A stretch of DNA of 64,000 nucleotides from Patescibacteria group bacterium (GTDB taxonomy: Bacteria > Patescibacteriota > Microgenomatia > Levybacterales > UBA12049), in contig DATICB010000001.1 in NCBI GenBank assembly GCA_035457005.1, positions 3,246 to 67,245 on the forward strand. Reading direction: 5' to 3'. This document shows, in pieces, positions 35,585 to 42,901 of this stretch. Under the pieces are notes generated by a model. That model saw only the letters and a program-made list of their open reading frames with translations, was not told the DNA's origin and searched no databases. Position 1 is the first letter of the stretch. Each line of letters starts with the position of its first letter. The position numbers were made by a program, and so were the translations under genes.

Positions 35585-37072
35585 ATGGTCTTCTATAGAA
35601 AATATCGATCACAAACAATCGCAGAGCTCGACAGCCCCAAATTACGCGAAACTCTCTATGCTGTTTTATCTCAGAAAGAGATCCCTCACGCATTTCTTTT
35701 TACCGGACCAAAAGGTTTGGGCAAGACATCAACCGCTCGCATTATTGCGAAAGTGCTTAATTGTACCGCGACAAAACGCGACGGCATTGAGCCGTGTAAT
35801 ACATGCGACCAGTGTGTGTCGATTACCAATGGGAATAACATTGACGTGTTGGAAATTGATGGTGCATCCAATCGTGGCATTGATGAAATACGCGATTTAC
35901 GGGAAAAAGTTAATTTAGCACCGTCGAGTGCAAAAAAGAAAGTGTACATTATTGACGAAGTTCACATGCTCACAACCGAGGCATTTAATGCGCTGTTAAA
36001 AACAATTGAAGAGCCACCAAGTCATGTTGTTTTTATTTTCGCCACAACAGAGCCGCAAAAAGTGCCAGCAACTATTATTTCTCGCTGTTTTCATGTACGT
36101 TTGGCAAAAGCAACGAAAGAAGAGCTTGTTCATGCGCTCAACCGAATTGTAAAAGGTGAAAAATTGAGTATTGAGCCAGGCGTTTTGGACGCAATTGCGG
36201 AAATGGGTGATGGTGGATATCGTGATGCAACAAAGATTTTGGAAGAATTGGTCGCACTTTCTCAAGGCAAAAAAATAACACAAGAATTATTTGAATCTCT
36301 ATTTAAAACAGCACATATAACATCGTTTGTTCAAAAATTTCTGCAGCATGTTGCAAAAAAAAATGCGAAAGAAGCATTGGCTGTTTTGCAGGCTTTATCG
36401 GACGAAGGGACTGATGTTAAATTATTTTTATATCAAGTGTTGGTTGCGTTACATGAGGAATTTTTGCAGTTGGCAAGTAAGGCTGATTCAGATTCATTCT
36501 TTTCACTGACCGATTTGCAGCTCTTGCTGCCTCTTTTGGAAGATGCGTATCAAGAAACAAAATATGCCGTTATTGCAAGCTTGCCATTAGAATTGGTAGT
36601 TGTGCAGTATTGCTCATCGTCCGTTGTTCCTGGAGACCAAGCGACTCCAGAATCTCAAGAAAAATCTTTAAGCCAGGATGATAATAGTAAAAAGTCAGGT
36701 TTGACTATGCAGGACATGCTTAAAAAAGAGCAAATAATAAAGGTAAATCAGGTGCTGCATCCTGTGAAGCCTGAAGAAAAAAAGAAAGCTGAGAGCACTC
36801 ATGTCCAGGAAAATTTACCAAAAGACGTAAAAGACGCAAGTGTTCTTATGGAAAATCTTATTTATAAAGTAAAACCATACAATCATTCTGTTGCGGGAGT
36901 CTTGCGAGGATGTGCTATTGCATCTAGGACTGATGAATCAATTGTTTTTGCAACCGCATACGCATTTCATAAAGAAAAATTGGAAGAGCAAAAAATTAAA
37001 GAAATTCTCCAGCAAGTTGTTCGCGAGGTAACTGGTAAAAATTTGAAGGTAATGGTAGAATTGAAAAAATAG
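35585..37072 (+). CDS. dnaX: DNA polymerase III subunit gamma/tau
   Basis: FLFTGPKGLGKTSTARIIAK, CNTCDQC Zn module, IIDEVHML. Confidence 0.85.
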   Translation: MVFYRKYRSQTIAELDSPKLRETLYAVLSQKEIPHAFLFTGPKGLGKTSTARIIAKVLNCTATKRDGIEPCNTCDQCVSITNGNNIDVLEIDGASNRGIDEIRDLREKVNLAPSSAKKKVYIIDEVHMLTTEAFNALLKTIEEPPSHVVFIFATTEPQKVPATIISRCFHVRLAKATKEELVHALNRIVKGEKLSIEPGVLDAIAEMGDGGYRDATKILEELVALSQGKKITQELFESLFKTAHITSFVQKFLQHVAKKNAKEALAVLQALSDEGTDVKLFLYQVLVALHEEFLQLASKADSDSFFSLTDLQLLLPLLEDAYQETKYAVIASLPLELVVVQYCSSSVVPGDQATPESQEKSLSQDDNSKKSGLTMQDMLKKEQIIKVNQVLHPVKPEEKKKAESTHVQENLPKDVKDASVLMENLIYKVKPYNHSVAGVLRGCAIASRTDESIVFATAYAFHKEKLEEQKIKEILQQVVREVTGKNLKVMVELKK

Positions 37073-37089
37073 CAATGCATTTAGTGATT

Positions 37090-37161
37090 GCTACAGTTAG
37101 ATAGTCCTTTGGACATCTAGCGTAGCCCCGTTAGATGCAAAGCTATCTAACGGGGGAGGTG
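37090..37161 (+). promoter_or_regulatory. conserved bipartite 5' leader, copy 3 (upstream of ybaB)
   Basis: A is GCTAC-AGTTAGATAG..CATCTAGC-GTAGC. B is CCGTTAGAT-GCAAAGC-TATCTAACGG. Then GGGGGAGGTGAA. Confidence 0.55.
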
Positions 37162-37172
37162 AATTACTGATT

Positions 37173-37457
37173 ATGTTTAATCCATTTCAACAATTAGGAG
37201 ATTTAAAGAAAATGCGCGACCAGGCAATGCAAATTCAAAAAGCGCTGCAAGCCGAGCAAATTACTGTAGAAAAATCAGGTGTTACTGTTGTTATGACAGG
37301 AGATCAGAAAGTTGTTTCTATTTCGAGTAACGGAAGATCGGACAATGACATTAAAGATTGTCTAAATGAAGCAATTAAAAAATCTCAAGAAATAGCAGCA
37401 AAAAAATTAGCACAAATGGGTGGCGGTTTGGGTGGGCTTATGGGAGGAGGCAATTAA
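37173..37457 (+). CDS. ybaB: nucleoid-associated protein YbaB/EbfC
   Basis: Length and pattern (central beta region, Gly-rich tail) fit YbaB; position between dnaX and recR. Confidence 0.7.
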   Translation: MFNPFQQLGDLKKMRDQAMQIQKALQAEQITVEKSGVTVVMTGDQKVVSISSNGRSDNDIKDCLNEAIKKSQEIAAKKLAQMGGGLGGLMGGGN

Positions 37458-37463
37458 GCGAAA

Positions 37464-38399
37464 ATGAAGATTTTTTCAGGAAGTGCAAGTCGAGCGTTGA
37501 CAGAGGAAGTAGTGAAAGTCATGAATATTCCACTGTCTTTAATTGATGTGCATGTTTTCCCAGATGGAGAAAGGCGAATCCGCATTCACGACAAAGTGGT
37601 TGGGAAATCAACAGCTGTTATTCAGACAGCATCAACTCCAGTAGACACCAACTACATGGAGCTTTTTTTTATTGTTGATGCACTCAAGCGGTCTGGTGCA
37701 GAATTTGTGACTGCAGTCATTCCATATTTTGGGTATCAGAGACAAGATCACGTTTTTCGCGATGGAGAGGCTGTTTCTTTGGAAGTCGTTATTCACATTT
37801 TAGAAAGTTTAAAAGTAGATAGAATGGTGAGTTTGGACATGCATTCTAGTCGAATTCCTGATTTATTTAGTATTCCTGTTGGGCATTTATCTGCATTACC
37901 TCTTTTTGCCGAAGAAATTAGAAAACATAAATGGAATAATACCGACACTGTTTTAGTATCTCCAGACACAGGAGGCATTGGCAGAATTAAAAAATTATCA
38001 ACACTTCTAGAGGACATGCCGTATGCTGTTTTGGAAAAAGTTAGAGATTTATCATCTGGTGCAATCTCTATTGCAGATATCGAAGAAGGGTCCTTGCGTG
38101 GGAAAAAACGTGCAATTTTGGTTGATGACATGATTTCCTCTGGTGGAACGATTATTATGGGCGCGTCTTTGTTGGCAGCACAGGGAATAGAGGAGATTTA
38201 CGTTTTTGCGACACATCCTGTTTTTTCACATGACGCGCCGGACAGGCTGCAAAATTCTGCAATTAAAAAAGTGTATGTAACCGACACAGTTGCTGTTGCG
38301 CAAGATAAGCAATTTTCTAAATTAGAAGTATTGTCTGTAGGTACGTTGATTGCAAACGAACTCAAACATCCAACCGCATCTAACGATCCATTGTTGTAA
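37464..38399 (+). CDS. prs: ribose-phosphate pyrophosphokinase
   Basis: FSGSAS, FPDGE, VSPDTGGIGR, ILVDDMISSGGT. Confidence 0.85.
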   Translation: MKIFSGSASRALTEEVVKVMNIPLSLIDVHVFPDGERRIRIHDKVVGKSTAVIQTASTPVDTNYMELFFIVDALKRSGAEFVTAVIPYFGYQRQDHVFRDGEAVSLEVVIHILESLKVDRMVSLDMHSSRIPDLFSIPVGHLSALPLFAEEIRKHKWNNTDTVLVSPDTGGIGRIKKLSTLLEDMPYAVLEKVRDLSSGAISIADIEEGSLRGKKRAILVDDMISSGGTIIMGASLLAAQGIEEIYVFATHPVFSHDAPDRLQNSAIKKVYVTDTVAVAQDKQFSKLEVLSVGTLIANELKHPTASNDPLL

Positions 38400-38405
38400 T
38401 AGCCT

Positions 38406-39077
38406 ATGAAAATTCCACGAGCAGTACAAAATCTTATTGAGTCGTTTGAAAAACTGCCTGGCGTTGGGCCAAAGTCTGCTCAGCGGCTTACGTTTTATTT
38501 ACTGCATGTCCCACAAGGCGAATTGGATACCTTTGCAAAAAGCCTAACAGAGCTAAAAACAGGCACCAAATTGTGCTCTATTTGCATGTCAATTGACGAA
38601 ACAGACCCATGCTCAATTTGCTCGGATGGCCTTCGGGATCACGCAACAATTTGTGTTGTCGAGCAGCCTTTGGATGTCTTGGCTTTGGAAAAATCAGGAA
38701 CCTATAAAGGAATCTATCACGTGCTACACGGGAGAATTGATCCACTCAATAATTTGGGGCCAGATGAGATTTATGTGGGGAAGTTATTCGACAGGATAAA
38801 AAATTCTTCTTCGAGCAAGCCTAGCGAATCGAGAAGTCTTGAGGAAAGTTCTCGACTTCGCTCGAACGAGAACACTCATATTAAAGAAATAATTCTAGCT
38901 ACCAATCCTACCATGGAAGGCGAGGCAACAGCAATGTATATTACCAAACAATTAAAAGCATTAGGTTTTGCTGGTGCTATAACAAGAATTGGAAGAGGTT
39001 TGCCGGTTGGTGCGGATTTGGAATATGCAGACGAAATTACTTTGCAGCGCGCTATGGAAGGCAGAAGCGAAGTATAA
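38406..39077 (+). CDS. recR: recombination protein RecR with an in-frame R2-derived insertion
   Basis: LPGVGPKSAQRL, C-x2-C...C-x2-C zinc finger, Toprim region. Confidence 0.85.
   Translation: MKIPRAVQNLIESFEKLPGVGPKSAQRLTFYLLHVPQGELDTFAKSLTELKTGTKLCSICMSIDETDPCSICSDGLRDHATICVVEQPLDVLALEKSGTYKGIYHVLHGRIDPLNNLGPDEIYVGKLFDRIKNSSSSKPSESRSLEESSRLRSNENTHIKEIILATNPTMEGEATAMYITKQLKALGFAGAITRIGRGLPVGADLEYADEITLQRAMEGRSEV
38804..38875. repeat. R2 element plus palindromic extension, in frame in recR
   Basis: TTCTTCTTCGAGCAAGCCTAGCGAATCGAGAAG..., translated NSSSSKPSESRSLEESSRLRS. Confidence 0.6.
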
Positions 39078-39138
39078 CTGCTCAAAATTTTCCTCCGTAA
39101 AAAGCATAATGCTAATTTTCAGATTAACTTGATCTACT

Positions 39139-39525
39139 TTGGAGTATTTTGTTCTATTGATAGAAAAACAATTTTTTCGTAACATGCTTGTTATGAGTCT
39201 ATTTGGTGGACAACAAGATCCAAATGCAAAAAGAAGAGCACAGCGAAGAGCTGGAGTAAAAGCTGCTTTAGAAGCAGAGCGCTCGCGAGTAAGAGCAGCT
39301 GATGAATTAGCAACGCAGCATGCTGATGAAGCACAAAGAAATCTTTGGGCAGGTCTTATGCTGGAAGGTGTACGTGCTGGCATACCAGTAGGAAGACAGC
39401 AACAAGAAGAAATTACAGCAGCAGAAAGAAGAGGTGCGGAAGGGACATTGGGTGCAATGGAAAGAATGAGAGTTGGTAGTAATGGTAACGGGCAAAATGG
39501 ACAAAATGGACATCACGAGCGTTAA
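39139..39525 (+). CDS. hypothetical Arg/Gln/Glu-rich protein ending in a NGQNG tail
   Basis: GC-richer ORF, compositionally similar to 39739-40224. Confidence 0.4.
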   Translation: MEYFVLLIEKQFFRNMLVMSLFGGQQDPNAKRRAQRRAGVKAALEAERSRVRAADELATQHADEAQRNLWAGLMLEGVRAGIPVGRQQQEEITAAERRGAEGTLGAMERMRVGSNGNGQNGQNGHHER

Positions 39526-39551
39526 TTGTACAATGGTGTATTTTTTCAATT

Positions 39552-39572
39552 CTCCCGTAAGGGAGTTTTTTA
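39552..39572 (+). terminator. rho-independent terminator CTCCC-GTAA-GGGAG plus T-run
   Basis: Perfect 5-bp GC-rich stem followed by 6 T. Confidence 0.6.
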
Positions 39573-39738
39573 TTGGTTTTACTCTTTTGGGTAAAAGACA
39601 TATTACCGGTCTAACATATTTTATTCTTTATTTTATAGAGATGTTCTTTTGTATGGAAAAACGGAAAATTTACTAGGCCGAAATAACTTCTTTATAGGAC
39701 TATTTTAAGTATTGACAAAATAGGTAAGATAGATTAAA

Positions 39739-40224
39739 ATGTGTTTTACTATGAGCGAAACATTTGGTCAAAATGGAAGATCCTCAGTAAGAGTTGTTGC
39801 ATCCGGACTACCACGTCAGAGTCATGATATAGTGGTTACGCCTTCAACAATAGGAATTTCAGAAGAAACTGCAGAAGTATTACGACAACAGGGCGAACAA
39901 AGATTAGCCGATCGATTAGCAGAGCAGAGGAGACAAGAAGAAGTAGAGAGGCAGCATGCAGAAGAAATAAAAGGACTACAAGCACAGGTAGCAGATCTTC
40001 AGAGATGGCCAGATGCGCATGCACTAGCACGACAAATGGAAGCAAACAGCGGCGCGCGTCAAACTGATCCAACTGATTCTATTTCCACCTGGCATTTAGA
40101 ACACGATAAAGGTCTAGAGACTGCAAGAGAGCATGGTCTGAGAAGAGTACCCAGTGCTGATGCAACAAAAGGCAATGGAAATGGAGATGGTAATGGGAGA
40201 AGAAGATGGTTGAGAAGAAAATAA
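39739..40224 (+). CDS. hypothetical Arg/Gln/Glu-rich protein ending in a NGNGDGNG tail
   Basis: Similar composition, tail and terminator to 39139-39525. Confidence 0.4.
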   Translation: MCFTMSETFGQNGRSSVRVVASGLPRQSHDIVVTPSTIGISEETAEVLRQQGEQRLADRLAEQRRQEEVERQHAEEIKGLQAQVADLQRWPDAHALARQMEANSGARQTDPTDSISTWHLEHDKGLETAREHGLRRVPSADATKGNGNGDGNGRRRWLRRK

Positions 40225-40250
40225 AACATAAATTGTTGAGATCGATAATG

Positions 40251-40272
40251 CTCCCAATAGGGAGTTTTTTTA
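40251..40272 (+). terminator. rho-independent terminator CTCCC-AATA-GGGAG plus T-run
   Basis: Same architecture as the terminator at 39552-39572. Confidence 0.6.
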
Positions 40273-40377
40273 TGGCTCTGCAAAGCAGAATATTAGAACA
40301 CGCTTTGGTAAAAGATAATTCTTAATATGTTTCGCATGATTCTGGACAAGGCAGAATGACAAAGGTACAATACTTCA

Positions 40378-41055
40378 ATGAGAATCGGTGTGTTTGGCGG
40401 CAGATTTGATCCAATTCACAATGGTCACTTGGCTGTTGCGAAAGAAGTTTTGAAAATGGGTAAAGCAGACGAAGTGTGGTTAAGTATAGAAAATCAGCAC
40501 CAGTGGCGGCCAATTATTGCAGCAGCTAATGATAGAAAAAAAATGGCAGAATTGGCAATAGATTCAATTACAGATGTCATCCTGAGCAATGCGAAGGATA
40601 TATATTCTTCGGCTATGTCTCAGAATGACAAAAATAAGATTGCCGTGTCGCCTGAGGCTCCTCGCAATGACATCCAAAATAATTTTAAAGTAGATATGAC
40701 GCCGGTTGAGCTGGGTGGGACAACAGAAACAATACAAGTCGTTAGGCAGTTGCGAAAAAAATATCCAGAGCATGAATTTATTTTCATTGTTGGGTCGGAT
40801 CAATTGCCAACATTTCATAAATGGTCACACTGGGAAGATTTAAAAAAAGAAGTGCAATTTTTAATTGTTACCAGAAAGGGCTCGCCTTTGGATAATATTC
40901 CTAAAAATGCTTCTGTTATTACCGATCCAACATACGAACCACTCGATGACAGCGCGACGCGAATACGGGAATTTCTGCATGTTGGTACATCTATCTCTGG
41001 CCTTGTCCCAAAAGCAGTGGAGGAGTATATTAAAGAGCACAAGCTGTACCAGTGA
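40378..41055 (+). CDS. nadD: nicotinate-nucleotide adenylyltransferase with an in-frame R3 unit and R1 half-element insertion
   Basis: GVFGGRFDPIHNGHL. Confidence 0.85.
   Translation: MRIGVFGGRFDPIHNGHLAVAKEVLKMGKADEVWLSIENQHQWRPIIAAANDRKKMAELAIDSITDVILSNAKDIYSSAMSQNDKNKIAVSPEAPRNDIQNNFKVDMTPVELGGTTETIQVVRQLRKKYPEHEFIFIVGSDQLPTFHKWSHWEDLKKEVQFLIVTRKGSPLDNIPKNASVITDPTYEPLDDSATRIREFLHVGTSISGLVPKAVEEYIKEHKLYQ
40575..40671. repeat. R3 unit (40575-40600) plus R1 3' half (40631-40671), in frame in nadD
   Basis: GTCATCCTGAGCAATGCGAAGGAT ... AAAATAAGATTGCCGTGTCG...CTCGCAATGAC, translated VILSNAKDI...DKNKIAVSPEAPRND. Confidence 0.7.
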
Positions 41056-41179
41056 AATTAACCTAATTCACCTAATTAACCTAATTTCTAAATAAGCACC
41101 AATAAATCAAATTTTAGAAATTGGAACTCAGGAATTATTTAGGTCAATTAGAAATTAGAATAATTAGAAATTTTAGGAT
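41056..41179. repeat. AT-rich intergenic element (ACCTAATT repeats ... TTAGAAATT repeats ... TTTTAGG), second copy
   Basis: Shares ordered blocks with the element at 23966-24047. Confidence 0.6.
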
Positions 41180-42007
41180 ATGTTTGACTTAGATTACACA
41201 AAAAAAGCACAAGAAATTCAGGATTGGATTGCCACAACAGTGCGTAGTGCAGGATTTGAAAAAGTTATTTTGGCAGTGTCTGGTGGTGTGGACAGCGCTG
41301 TATCGCTTAGTCTAGCAGTAAAGGCATTGGGAAAAGAAAATGTGTACGCAGTACTTTTGCCATATGGAACATTAAGTTCGGCTTCACTTGAACATGGAAA
41401 ATTGGTTGTTGAGTCTGCTGGTCTTCCAAAAGATCATGTGTTTGTCCGCGATATCCAATCAGGAGTTGATAAGCTATGGTCTGTCATTGCGAACGAAGCG
41501 AAGCAATCTGATACAAATGACGAGATTGCCGCGTCGCAAGCTCCTCGCAATGACACTTCAATTCGCCGAGGCAATATGATGGCAAGAGTGCGCATGATAT
41601 ATTTATTTGATTTGGCAAAAAGCTTGGGGGCGTTAGTTGTTGGAACAGAAAATAAAAGTGAGCATTATTTGGGCTATTTTACGCGTTTTGGAGACGAAGC
41701 ATCGGACATAGAACCAATTCGATCGTTATACAAAACACAAGTGTGGGAAATGGCAAAAAGCTTGGGAGTTCCGAAAGAAATTATCGAGAAAAAACCTTCT
41801 GCAGGGCTTTGGGAAAATCAATCAGATGAAGGAGAATTTGGTTTTTCTTATACAGATGCAGACAAAGTGTTGTATTTTTCTTTTGAAGAAAAAAAATCTC
41901 AAGAAGAAATAATTGCCTTAGGGTTTGATAAAAAATTAGTAGAAAATGTCTTGGGCTTTGCTCGCAAAAATGATTTTAAACACCACGTTCCATACATTTT
42001 TGAATAA
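41180..42007 (+). CDS. nadE: NH3-dependent NAD+ synthetase with an in-frame R1 insertion
   Basis: VILAVSGGVDSAV, RRGNMMARVRM. Confidence 0.85.
   Translation: MFDLDYTKKAQEIQDWIATTVRSAGFEKVILAVSGGVDSAVSLSLAVKALGKENVYAVLLPYGTLSSASLEHGKLVVESAGLPKDHVFVRDIQSGVDKLWSVIANEAKQSDTNDEIAASQAPRNDTSIRRGNMMARVRMIYLFDLAKSLGALVVGTENKSEHYLGYFTRFGDEASDIEPIRSLYKTQVWEMAKSLGVPKEIIEKKPSAGLWENQSDEGEFGFSYTDADKVLYFSFEEKKSQEEIIALGFDKKLVENVLGFARKNDFKHHVPYIFE
41483..41553. repeat. R1 element in frame in nadE
   Basis: GTCATTGCGAACGAAGCGAAGCAATC...GATTGCCGCGTCGCAAGCTCCTCGCAATGAC, translated VIANEAKQSDTNDEIAASQAPRND. Confidence 0.75.
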
Positions 42008-42008
42008 T

Positions 42009-42165
42009 GTCATTGCGAGGAGCGTAGTGACGAGGCAATCTTATAAAATACTTTTGTATATATCTTCAAACAAAATAATTTCTAGAGAACACAAATTCAG
42101 TATAAGATTGCCACGCTTCGCTCGCAATGACAACATAATTTTAGGCAATCCATTGCAATGACAGA
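42009..42165. repeat. R1 element, expanded intergenic copy, plus a terminal fragment
   Basis: GTCATTGCGAGGAGCGTAGTGACGAGGCAATC ... GATTGCCACGCTTCGCTCGCAATGAC, then GGCAATCCATTGCAATGAC. Confidence 0.7.
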
Positions 42166-42193
42166 GTAGTTTTTTTGTGCTAGACTGGGAAGC

Positions 42194-42784
42194 ATGAGTG
42201 ATGGAGCTTCTGGAAATGCATTTGGCGATGCGTTGGAGTCAATGGCTACCAACACCAAAAAAGCAATTGGTGGAACATTAGCCGATTTTACTAAGTCTGC
42301 AACAAATCAGGTAAAAGGAAATAGTAGTGTTTCAGGAAGCTTTACTCCAGGTGCATCGCAGCAGTCACAAAATCCTGCACCAGAGGCAGGCAAGCAAGCT
42401 TTGCAAGGCGGAGATTTATTTAGTCCAGACATGATGCCCAAACCCCAAATCTCAAATTCCAAATCACAAGGATCTATTCCTCAACCTCTGACGGTAGCTG
42501 GACAACAATTAGCACAAAACCCTGATGCAAAATCGCCGGAAGAGGCAAAACATATTCAAGAGATAGAAGCAGAACTCCGAAGTATGCATCAAGCATACTA
42601 TCAGGATTTTGCAGCAAAAGCAGAAGGACGGGATAGGAAAACCCAAATAGAAGTGCAAGAAAAAGCTCAAGACGATAGAGCACAACAAATGGAAGACTTG
42701 CAGAAAAAAGAAGAGAAAAAACAAGAAGATAGGTCTGTTTTTCAAGCAAAACGCGCAGCAGAAATTAAGGGAGGAATGGGATAA
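42194..42784 (+). CDS. hypothetical Gln/Glu-rich protein
   Basis: ORF only. Confidence 0.4.
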   Translation: MSDGASGNAFGDALESMATNTKKAIGGTLADFTKSATNQVKGNSSVSGSFTPGASQQSQNPAPEAGKQALQGGDLFSPDMMPKPQISNSKSQGSIPQPLTVAGQQLAQNPDAKSPEEAKHIQEIEAELRSMHQAYYQDFAAKAEGRDRKTQIEVQEKAQDDRAQQMEDLQKKEEKKQEDRSVFQAKRAAEIKGGMG

Positions 42785-42901
42785 TCCTTATCATTCCTGA
42801 CCTGATCAGGCGCCGCTACAGAGTAGCTAGTACTCTGAGGGGTAAGTCTATATAAATAAGGAACTAGATCCCGCATCAAGTGCGGGATGACATGCTATAT
42901 T

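Noticed and set aside
42790-42901. Hairpin ATCCCGCA-TCAAG-TGCGGGAT upstream of cysS, considered as a T-box or terminator
   Set aside because: There is no GGTGGNACC T-box core and no T-run, so it was left unannotated.
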